From NCBI GenBank assembly GCA_046347835.1, contig JAXMFI010000003.1, positions 41,759 to 105,758 on the forward strand: a DNA stretch of 64,000 bases. The letters run 5' to 3'. Positions 10,103 to 17,979 of this stretch are shown in pieces. A program made the translations under genes and the position numbers. Each line of letters begins with the position of its first letter. Positions within the stretch are counted from its first letter, which is position 1. Under the pieces are notes generated by a model, which saw only the letters and a program-made list of their open reading frames with translations, had not been told where the DNA came from and searched no databases. Source of the DNA: Burkholderiales bacterium (GTDB lineage: Bacteria; Pseudomonadota; Gammaproteobacteria; Burkholderiales; Casimicrobiaceae).

Positions 10103-10897
10103 GTGGCGATGAACCCGCTGCCCGTGACCGACGCCGACGTCAACGCGTACGTCGACGGGCAGCTCGCCCCGGCGCGCACGCCGGCCGTCGAGGACGCGAT
10201 CGCGCGCGATCCGGCGCTCGCCGCGCGCGTCGCCGACCTGCGTGCGCAGAACGCCGCGCTGCGCGACGCGCTCGACCCGTGGCTCGCCGACGCGCTGCCC
10301 GACCGGCTCGTCGCGGCGACCGCCGGCCCGCCGCGCGCGCGCCGCGTGCCGGCGTGGCTCGGGCTGTCCGCCGCCGCCGCCGCGTCGCTCGTGGTCGGCG
10401 TGGGCATCGGCTGGTTCGGCCGCGACGCGAGCCTGCGGCACGACGGCACGCCGACGACGTTCACGCGGCAGGCGGCGCTCGTGCACGCGCTGTACGCCGG
10501 GGACGTGAACCGGCCGGTCGAGATCTGGGCGGCCGAGGAGAAGCGGCTGGTGAACTGGCTGTCGAAGCGGCTGGGCTTCCCCGTGCACGCACCCGATCTC
10601 AACAGCGTCGGGTTCGCGCTGGTCGGGGGCCGGCTCGTGGCCGGGAACGAGATGCCCGCCGCGCTCTTCGTCTACGAGAACGCCGACAAGCAGCGGCTGA
10701 CGCTGCAGGTGCGCAAGCCCGCGGCGCCGGTCGAGGAGACGGCGTTCCGCTACGCGCTCGAGAACGGCGTGGGCGTCTACTACTGGATCGAGGAGAACTG
10801 CACGTACGCGCTGTCGGGCAACCTCGACCGCGCGCAGCTCCTGTCGATCGGCCGAATCGTCTACGGGCAGCTCGCCGCGTTCGAAGCGGCGAAGTAG
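10103..10897 (+). CDS. Transmembrane anti-sigma factor (PrtR-like)
   Basis: NAYVDGQL anti-sigma N-domain, single TM, WLSKRLG, APDL...LVGGRL; adjacent to the ECF sigma. Confidence 0.9.
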   Translation: MAMNPLPVTDADVNAYVDGQLAPARTPAVEDAIARDPALAARVADLRAQNAALRDALDPWLADALPDRLVAATAGPPRARRVPAWLGLSAAAAASLVVGVGIGWFGRDASLRHDGTPTTFTRQAALVHALYAGDVNRPVEIWAAEEKRLVNWLSKRLGFPVHAPDLNSVGFALVGGRLVAGNEMPAALFVYENADKQRLTLQVRKPAAPVEETAFRYALENGVGVYYWIEENCTYALSGNLDRAQLLSIGRIVYGQLAAFEAAK

Positions 10898-10914
10898 ACC
10901 TCCTTTCCGGGCGC

Positions 10915-10963
10915 TCCTCACCGTGACCTTTCTCCCGCATTGCGGGGAGAGGGTTGGCGTGGT
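10915..10963. repeat. REP-like palindrome, family B (CCCTCTCCCGC..GCGGGAGAGGG type)
   Basis: cctttctcccgca-t-tgcggggagaggg hairpin; related copy at 36457-36480. Confidence 0.6.
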
Positions 10964-10971
10964 GTTGAATT

Positions 10972-11045
10972 TCGCGCCGGCATTCATTGCCTGGTGTCAT
11001 TCCGAGCGTCGCGCCGGCATTCATTGCCTGGTGTCATTCCGAGCG
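10972..11045. repeat. Perfect 37-bp tandem duplication
   Basis: tcgcgccggcattcattgcctggtgtcattccgagcg at 10972-11008 and 11009-11045. Confidence 0.9.
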
Positions 11046-11127
11046 CAGCGAGGGATCTGCTTCTGCTGCGAGTCGACGAGGTGCGTGCAAGCGGATCCCT
11101 CGTCGCTGCGCTCCTCGGGATGACACC
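11030..11127. repeat. REP/REPIN-like long hairpin, family A (GTCATTCCGAGCGCAGCGAGGGATC)
   Basis: ggtgtcattccgagcgcagcgagggatc ... gatccctcgtcgctgcgctcctcgggatgacacc inverted arms; second copy at 43001-43081. Confidence 0.75.
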
Positions 11128-11362
11128 GGGGAAATTTCAACAGCTTGTCGGGGACAGGAGCGTGTCCGGACCGCGAGCGCATCCCCTACAATGCCCCCTT
11201 CGCCCGCTGCCGCAATCCGCCCGTGCCGCAACCGGTACCGCCCGTCGTATACGTGCCCGTCGTCGCCGTACGCGTGCCGGTCGCCGCGCAGCGCGCGCGC
11301 CTTCGCATCGAAGCGGAACGCCTGCGCAGCGGTGCCGCGCGGAGCGTCGGCCGAGGCCGCTG

Positions 11363-12478
11363 ATGCAACGTGTCCCCGCCCGGATCGGCGATCCGCTCGC
11401 CGCCGTCGAGACGCCGGCGCTGGTCGTCGACCTGGACGCGTTCGAGCACAACCTCGACCTCATGGCCAACGCGGTACGCGGCTCGGGCCTGGCACTGCGC
11501 CCGCACGCGAAGTCGCACAAGTGCCCGGACATCGCGAAGGCGCAGGTCGCGCGCGGCGCGGTCGGCATCTGCTGCCAGAAGGTCGACGAGGCCGAGGCGT
11601 TCGTCGCTGCCGGGATCGCCAACGTGCTCGTGACCAACGAGATCGTCGCGCCGGCCAAGATCGCGCGGCTGGCCGCGCTCGCGCGCAGCGCCACGATCGG
11701 CGTGCTGGTCGACGACGCGCGCGTGATTCCCGACCTGTCGGCGGCCGCCGCGCTGGCCGGCGGCACGCTGCACGTGTACGTCGAGATCGACGTCGGCGCG
11801 CATCGCTGCGGCGTGGCACCGGGCGAGGCAGCCGTGCCGCTCGCGCGGGCGATCGCCGCCGCCCCGGGCCTCGCGTTCCGCGGGCTGCACGCGTACCACG
11901 GTGCCGCGCAGCACCTGCGCCGGCCCGAGCAGCGCCTCACGGCGATCGCGGCCGCGAGCCGACTCGCGTCCGACACGAAGGCGGCGATCGAGCGCGCGGG
12001 CGTCCCGTGCCCGGTCGTCACCGGCGCGGGTACCGGCACCTGGCAGCTCGAGCGCGACAGCCGCATCTACACGGAGCTGCAGCCGGGCTCGTACGTGTTC
12101 ATGGATGCCGATTATCTGCGCAACGCCCTGGCCCCCGACCAGCACCACTTCGAGCACAGCCTGTACGTGCTCGCGACGGTGATGAGCACGCCCGTGCCCG
12201 AGCGCGCGATCGTCGACGCGGGACTGAAGGCGCTCGCGTTCGACTCCGGCCCGCCGCTCGTGCACGTCGCACGCGGCCTCGATTACGTCAAGGCGTCCGA
12301 CGAGCACGGCGTGCTTGCGGTCGATCCGGCGCGAGCACAGGTCGCGCTCGGCGACCGCGTGTGGCTCATTCCCGGGCACTGCGACCCGACGGTCAACCTG
12401 TATGACTGGATCGTCGGTATGCGCGGCGAGCGCGTCGAGTGCGTGTGGCCGGTGGCGGCACGCGGAGCGCTCGGATGA
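11363..12478 (+). CDS. DSD1-family PLP-dependent enzyme (D-threonine aldolase / 3-hydroxy-D-aspartate aldolase-like)
   Basis: ETPALVVDLDAFEHN, LRPHAKSHKC (PLP Lys), TELQPGSYVFMD, PGHCDPTVNLYD. Confidence 0.92.
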   Translation: MQRVPARIGDPLAAVETPALVVDLDAFEHNLDLMANAVRGSGLALRPHAKSHKCPDIAKAQVARGAVGICCQKVDEAEAFVAAGIANVLVTNEIVAPAKIARLAALARSATIGVLVDDARVIPDLSAAAALAGGTLHVYVEIDVGAHRCGVAPGEAAVPLARAIAAAPGLAFRGLHAYHGAAQHLRRPEQRLTAIAAASRLASDTKAAIERAGVPCPVVTGAGTGTWQLERDSRIYTELQPGSYVFMDADYLRNALAPDQHHFEHSLYVLATVMSTPVPERAIVDAGLKALAFDSGPPLVHVARGLDYVKASDEHGVLAVDPARAQVALGDRVWLIPGHCDPTVNLYDWIVGMRGERVECVWPVAARGALG

Positions 12479-14250
12479 CGAACGCCCCGAATCGCCGGCT
12501 CGCGGCGATCCTGGTCGCGGACGTCGTGGGATTCAGCCGGCACACCGAGCGCGACGACGCCGGCACGCTCGCGCACCTGCGCGCGATTCGCGCCGACGTG
12601 ATCGACCCGGCCATCGCCGATCTCCACGGGCGCCTCGTCAAGTCGACCGGCGACGGCGTGCTCGCCGAGTTCGCGAGCGCCGACGCCGCGCTGCGCTGCG
12701 CGATCCGCGTGCAGCGCGCGCTCGCCGAGCGCAATGCAGGCGTTGCCCCGGACGTCCGGATCGACCTGCGCATCGGCGTCAACCTGGGCGACGTCATCGT
12801 CGACGGCGACGGCGACATCTTCGGCGACGGCGTCAACGTCGCCGCGAGGCTGGAGGCGCTCGCGCCGCCCGGCGGCATCTGCATCGCCTCCGCGGTGCGC
12901 GACCAGATCCACGGCAATCTCGGCGTCGATTTCGTCGACGCGGGCGACCAGCAGGTCAAGAACATCGCGCGGCCCATTCGCGCGTTCGTCGTCGACCTCG
13001 CGGGCGTTCCGGGTGTGGCGCCGGCACCGGCGTCCGCTCCGGCGTCGAAGCTGCGCGCGATGAGCATCGGCGTGTGCCCGCTGGTCGCGGCGGCGGACGA
13101 GGCCGTTCCGCCCCAGCGCGCACGTGTCGCGACGCGCGAGTTCGCGGCGATGCTCGCGCGATCGAGCTCGATGGTCGCCGTCGTCCCGGTGCCGCCCGCG
13201 CTCGCCGAGAAGGCGCAGGACGAGCCCGCAGCCGTGGGTCGGGCCGTCGCGGTGCGCTACCTTTTCGAAGGCGACCTGCACGCCACGTCCCTGCACGCGC
13301 GCGTGGTCGACGCGGCCAGCGGCGAGCAGGTGTGGAGCGAGTCCGCGACGCTTCCCGCGGAGTCGGACGCCGGCGCCTTTGCGCGGGCGCTGCACGCCGT
13401 GGTGTGGCACCTCGGGCGCGCGGTGATCACCGCCGAGATCCGGCGCGTGCTTGCCGAGCCACTCGCGCAGTCGACGCCGGTCGAGAACGTCGTGCGCGCG
13501 CTGGCACTCGATCGCACCGAGCCTGATCCCCGCAGGCGCTTCGCGGAAAAGGAGCGCCTGCTCGGCGACGCGCTCGCGCGCGATCCCGCGTGCGTGCCGG
13601 CGCTGATCGGCCTTGCGATCATTCTCGACCAGCGGGGTGACTTCGATCTTGCGGCCGACCCCGTCGCCCTGGGCCAGCGCATGCTCGAACTCACCGCGAA
13701 GGCGGTCCGCCTGAACGACATCCAGCCGACGACGTGGTTCCTGCACTCGGCGGCGCTCATGGCGACGGGACAGTGGCAGGCCGCGCTCGAGGCGAGCGCC
13801 AAGGCGATTCGCCTCGAGCCCTTCAGCAGCATGCTGGCGTCCCATCACGCCGCGCTCACGGCGTGGTGCGGGCGCCCCGCGGAGGCGCGGGTGATGCTGG
13901 AGGCGGCGATCGCCGCGAATCCGCAGGGGGCCGCCGCCGACATGCAGATCCTGTGCATGGTGAGCCTGCTGCTCGGCAACTACAGGGAGGCCGTCGACGC
14001 GGCCGAGAGGGCGATCGGGCTCGGCGCGAACGATCCGGTGGACACCCCACTCCATGCCGCAGCGGCCTACGCGCAGCTTGGCGACATGGCGAAGGCAGCC
14101 TCCGCGCTCGACGATGTCCTGCGCGCGCTGCCGGGCTTCACGATCGCGACGCACCGCTGGCGCCACCGCGTCGCGCACCCCGACTTGATCCGCCTCGTCG
14201 AGCAGCACCTGTACCCGGGCCTGCGCAAGGCCGGCCTGCCCGAAGGCTAG
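12475..14250 (+). CDS. Class III adenylate/guanylate cyclase with C-terminal TPR region
   Basis: RRLAAILVADVVGFS, VKSTGDGVLAEF, RIGVNLGDV, DIFGDGVNVAARLE; helical TPR-like tail. Confidence 0.88.
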   Translation: MTNAPNRRLAAILVADVVGFSRHTERDDAGTLAHLRAIRADVIDPAIADLHGRLVKSTGDGVLAEFASADAALRCAIRVQRALAERNAGVAPDVRIDLRIGVNLGDVIVDGDGDIFGDGVNVAARLEALAPPGGICIASAVRDQIHGNLGVDFVDAGDQQVKNIARPIRAFVVDLAGVPGVAPAPASAPASKLRAMSIGVCPLVAAADEAVPPQRARVATREFAAMLARSSSMVAVVPVPPALAEKAQDEPAAVGRAVAVRYLFEGDLHATSLHARVVDAASGEQVWSESATLPAESDAGAFARALHAVVWHLGRAVITAEIRRVLAEPLAQSTPVENVVRALALDRTEPDPRRRFAEKERLLGDALARDPACVPALIGLAIILDQRGDFDLAADPVALGQRMLELTAKAVRLNDIQPTTWFLHSAALMATGQWQAALEASAKAIRLEPFSSMLASHHAALTAWCGRPAEARVMLEAAIAANPQGAAADMQILCMVSLLLGNYREAVDAAERAIGLGANDPVDTPLHAAAAYAQLGDMAKAASALDDVLRALPGFTIATHRWRHRVAHPDLIRLVEQHLYPGLRKAGLPEG

Positions 14251-14258
14251 CGGCCGCC

Positions 14259-14320
14259 GGGCCGCCCCAAGGGCGCATGCCCCCTGGGGGGGGGCGCGCG
14301 CGGCGCGCTTCGGGGGGATC
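14259..14320. repeat. REP-like GC element, family E (GGCCGCCCCAAGGG...CCCCCTGGGGGG)
   Basis: Between convergent genes; internal ccccct/gggggg palindrome; a possible related tail gcgagcgtggggg lies near 15370. Confidence 0.45.
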
Positions 14321-14331
14321 TCGCCCGCGCG

Positions 14332-14973
14332 CTACAGCGTGGCGACACCCCGCGGCGTGCGGATCATCGTCGCGAGCCGCGGCGACTTCGCGTACGTGAC
14401 CTTCAGCGTCTCGGAGAGTCCGAGCGTGGCCAGCTCCGCGCGCACGGCCGCGGGCTCCGGGTGCTCGCCCGCAAGGAGCGCGAGCCGCAGGCCGCGGTCG
14501 GGCAATCCGTCGGCCGGGTGCCGCGCGTCCGCCCACTGGATCAGCGTGGGCACGAGGCCGCGCTGCGGCCGATGCCCGTCGGCGGGAATCGTGATCCGCC
14601 ACGCGAAGTCGCCGCGCGTCATCGGCGTGGCGATGCCGAGCGATGGCATGCGCGCGACCGCTGCCGCGATGTCCGCGGTGCGCGCGACCCAGTGGACGAG
14701 CTGCGGACCTTCCGCGAGCGCCGCCTTCATCCGCGGCTCGTCTAGATCGAACCAGCGCGGGCGCGACGGCGCGACGCCGTCCGGATCGACCGCGATCACC
14801 TCGAGGTAGAAGCGCAGGCCGAGCGACAGCAGCGCGTTGTGCGTGCCCATCGCGACGTGCCTGCCGCCGGGCTGCGGCCGGAAGCCCAGGCGCTCCTCGA
14901 CCCAGTCGCAGCCCTGCGCGAGGTCGAGCGCGGCGACGACGAGGTGGTCGGGCTCGACGGCGATCGGAGTCAT
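14332..14973 (-). CDS. VOC family protein (Glyoxalase_3-like)
   Basis: PDHLVVAA, GGRHVAMGTHNALL, YLEVIAVDP, LVPTLIQW. Confidence 0.88.
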   Translation of the reverse strand: MTPIAVEPDHLVVAALDLAQGCDWVEERLGFRPQPGGRHVAMGTHNALLSLGLRFYLEVIAVDPDGVAPSRPRWFDLDEPRMKAALAEGPQLVHWVARTADIAAAVARMPSLGIATPMTRGDFAWRITIPADGHRPQRGLVPTLIQWADARHPADGLPDRGLRLALLAGEHPEPAAVRAELATLGLSETLKVTYAKSPRLATMIRTPRGVATL

Positions 14974-15356
14974 GCGGCGGTGCGCGCCTCGCCGGCGTCG
15001 AAGTCGAGCTCGACGCGCGCGCCGTTGGGGTCGAAGAAGAACAGCTGCCACGTCCCGTCGCCGACGAGGCGACGGCAGTCGTACGGAATGCCGCGCGCGT
15101 CGAGCTTCGCGAGGGTCGCCGCGAGGCCGGACGCGGTGAACGCCATGTGGTCGATCACGCCGGCGCGCAATTCGTCGCGCGGGCGACCGCCGATCACGTG
15201 CAGGATCGGCGTCCCGCCGCCGTACAGCCACGCGCCGGGGAACGCGAACGGCGGGCGCGGCCCGGGTGCGAGGCCCAGGAACTCGCCGTAGAACGCGATC
15301 GTCGCGTCGACGTCGTCGGTCAGGATCGTGAAGTGGTTCATGCCGGAAACGGCCAT
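14970..15356 (-). CDS. VOC/glyoxalase family protein
   Basis: MNHFTIL, FYGEFLGL, IDHMAF, QLFFFDPNGARVEL; GGAGGA RBS. Confidence 0.9.
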   Translation of the reverse strand: MAVSGMNHFTILTDDVDATIAFYGEFLGLAPGPRPPFAFPGAWLYGGGTPILHVIGGRPRDELRAGVIDHMAFTASGLAATLAKLDARGIPYDCRRLVGDGTWQLFFFDPNGARVELDFDAGEARTAA

Positions 15357-15391
15357 GGCGTCCTCCGCAGCGAGCGTGGGGGCTGTTTCGT

Positions 15392-16396
15392 TCAGGATAC
15401 TGTATCGGCGAAGAAGTCGCCGACAAGCGCCGTGGCGTCGGGTGGCGCCGCGTCGTTGAACGGCAGCGCCGCGTCGCCGCCGCTCCACGCGTGGCCGAGC
15501 CCGACCACCTCCACGTGGCGCGCGACCAGCCGCCCGTCGCGCCGCCACTCGCGGACGATGGCGCTGCGCCCGTCGGCGAGCGCGTCCGTGCGCTCGGCGT
15601 CGGCGACGGGCGGCGCGGTGAGGTCGCCGCCCGCCGCGGCGGGGTGGCCGTTGAGCCGCAGGAATTGCCGCACCAGCGCGACCGCGTTGCGCGGCGCGAC
15701 GATCTCGTCGCCCGCGCCGTGGACGGCGAGCAGCGGCACGCGCACTTCGTGCGGCGCCTCGCCGATGCGCGCCTGCGTGCCGATGGCCGCGACGTCCTGG
15801 TCGGGCCCGCGCGCCATGATCGACAGCGCCGTCAGCGCCGACGACGCGGCACCGCACGCGAGGCCGGAGTGCACGGCCACCGCGCTGACGAGGCGCGGGT
15901 AGCGCACGCCGAGCACCGCCGCCAGCGCGCCGCCGGCGGAGATGCCGGCGACCAGCACGCGCGCAGGATCGATCCGGTACCGCCGGCGCACGCGGCGGAT
16001 CTGCGCGGCGACGATCGCCGCTTCACCCTTGCCGCGCTGCGTGCGGCGCTCGAACCAGTTCCAGCAGCGCCACGGATTGGCGGTCTGCTTCTGCCGCGGC
16101 AGCAGCACGACGCAGCCCGCGCGGTCGGCGAGATCGGTCACGCGCGTGCCGTGCGCGAACTCTTCAGGCGTTTGCTTGCAGCCGTGGCACCAAACGATGA
16201 GCGGCACGCGCCCGAACAACGGCCGGTCCTTTGGAACGTAAACGAGAAAGTCGCGCGACGGCCACACGAACGGTGCCGTCGTGACCCAGCCGGAGAGCGA
16301 GAACTTCGAGCCGGACTCGAAGCGGCCGGGGGCGGGCTCGCGGCGGAACCAGCGGGCGAAGGCTTCCTTGGTGCGGGACCAAAGACGCGCGAGCAT
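15392..16396 (-). CDS. PHB depolymerase-family (LpqC-like) esterase
   Basis: HGCKQ oxyanion motif, CWNWF, GISAGG nucleophile elbow, HGAGDEIV, GLGHAWSGG. Confidence 0.9.
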   Translation of the reverse strand: MLARLWSRTKEAFARWFRREPAPGRFESGSKFSLSGWVTTAPFVWPSRDFLVYVPKDRPLFGRVPLIVWCHGCKQTPEEFAHGTRVTDLADRAGCVVLLPRQKQTANPWRCWNWFERRTQRGKGEAAIVAAQIRRVRRRYRIDPARVLVAGISAGGALAAVLGVRYPRLVSAVAVHSGLACGAASSALTALSIMARGPDQDVAAIGTQARIGEAPHEVRVPLLAVHGAGDEIVAPRNAVALVRQFLRLNGHPAAAGGDLTAPPVADAERTDALADGRSAIVREWRRDGRLVARHVEVVGLGHAWSGGDAALPFNDAAPPDATALVGDFFADTVS

Positions 16397-16732
16397 GGCG
16401 TTTGCCTGTTGGGAAGCTTTGCCGAACTCTATCGTGCCTGGCCTTCACGGCGCGCGGTTCGAGCCGCGGCGCGGGCATGTGCCGTCGCGGCGGGAGACCA
16501 TCCCCCGTCGACCCCGGGAGCCCGACGACGGGGCGACCTGGCGAATGACGACCGCAGCGTCGGTCGCACCCGATTCGACGTGCGGTCAACGGGCATCGAA
16601 GCGATGCTTCCGCCGCACCCGCTCACTGCTCTCGCTGAGGCTCGCGTCGAGATAGGTGCTCGGGACGTGGACGACGATCGCCGCTGCCCGGTGCGTGATA
16701 GCATTTCCGAAGCATAACGGGGACAGGGCCTC

Positions 16733-17941
16733 ATGTGCGACGCGCCATCCGCGATGGCGGCGACGCAGTTCAAGGGGATTCACGTCGGAGCGGTGGGGCC
16801 AAGTGAAAGGGCCGAGGGTTGCCCGCGCGGGTCGGCAGGTGACGCGCCGATGGGGCCGGATTGCGCGGAGTGGTGCGCGCCGTTTGTTGCCGAGGGCATC
16901 GGGCGGTACGTCGCGAACGAGGCCAGGGCCCGGATGGAAATCGTCACCGTCGGGGATGCGAGCATCCCGGTCGTGCTCAACGACGGGGGCTCCCGCGGTT
17001 GCTATCTGACGTCGCCGAGCTGCCATTACTGCGCTTATGCGGCGGACGCAATCGAGTCAAAGCTGTATTCCCGCATTCGGGGTCGTTTGAGCGGGCTCGG
17101 CTTGCGCGCGCTCGCGGTCTGGGCCCGGCGTGAGCAGCTGGACAGGGTGGCCAGCGTCAACAACTGGATGCTGTCCACGAATCCCGCCCCGACGCTCGGG
17201 CAACGAGAAGTCCGGGAACTGACCTCTTCGCTCGTCGGGCGATTCCCGGATCATGCGCTGGTCTTTCGGACGGTCGAACGGGGGCGCGGATCGCTGGCCG
17301 AGGGCCTCGAGGCGGCGGGCTGGTGGCGGATGCCGAATCGGCTCGTCTTCCAGTGGGACCCCGATCGGTTGCCGATGCTCGGCAGGAAGTGTCGGCAAAC
17401 CCTGCGACGGGAGCGGCAGGCGATCGCCACGCACGGGTACCGGTCCATGCCCATCGGCGAGGCCATCCAGGGCGCGGGTGCCGCGCGAATCCGCGAGCTG
17501 TACCGCGACCTGTACGTGGGCAAGCACTCTCGCTGGAATCCGGACTTCACGTTGCCCTGGTTCGAGCACGCCGCGATTCAGGGTTGGATGAGCTGGCGGT
17601 GTCTCGCGCGCGATGGAAGGGTGGACGGATTCTCGGCCTGGTACGAGGAGGCCGACCGGATCACGGCCATGGTGCTCGGCTACGACCGCACGATGACGGA
17701 TGTCCCGCTGTATCGGATGCTCGTTGCGGACGTGCTGGCCGAGGGAGAGCGATGCGGGAAGCCCGTTTTCCTGAGTTCGGGTGCCGGAAGATTCAAGCAG
17801 TTGCGCGGGGCCGAGGCGCGCTGGGAGTTCGAGTACGTGCACGACGGGCACCTGCGCCGCGCGCGCCGGGCCCCATGGCGCGCGCTCAAGGTCCTGTACG
17901 AGCGTCTGGCCGACGGGTTCTATGCCGGCGGGAATTTCTAG
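16733..17941 (+). CDS. Putative FemAB/GNAT-fold acyl- or aminoacyl-transferase (uncharacterised)
   Basis: VNNWMLSTN, LYRDLYVGKHSRWNPDFT, LGYDR, LYRML, SSGAGRFKQLRGA (GNAT-type C-terminal motif); codon usage differs from flanking genes. Confidence 0.6.
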   Translation: MCDAPSAMAATQFKGIHVGAVGPSERAEGCPRGSAGDAPMGPDCAEWCAPFVAEGIGRYVANEARARMEIVTVGDASIPVVLNDGGSRGCYLTSPSCHYCAYAADAIESKLYSRIRGRLSGLGLRALAVWARREQLDRVASVNNWMLSTNPAPTLGQREVRELTSSLVGRFPDHALVFRTVERGRGSLAEGLEAAGWWRMPNRLVFQWDPDRLPMLGRKCRQTLRRERQAIATHGYRSMPIGEAIQGAGAARIRELYRDLYVGKHSRWNPDFTLPWFEHAAIQGWMSWRCLARDGRVDGFSAWYEEADRITAMVLGYDRTMTDVPLYRMLVADVLAEGERCGKPVFLSSGAGRFKQLRGAEARWEFEYVHDGHLRRARRAPWRALKVLYERLADGFYAGGNF

Positions 17942-17979
17942 GCTTGCGTAGGCCTCTGGCGATAGTCTAGGCGATCGGC

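Noticed and set aside
14286-14294. G9 homopolymer as a phase-variation tract
   Set aside because: Lies between convergent 3' ends within a repeat element, not in a CDS or promoter.
16397-16732. Possible riboswitch or ncRNA in the long intergenic region before the GNAT-like gene
   Set aside because: Only generic GC hairpins; no recognisable aptamer motif by eye. An Rfam scan would be needed.
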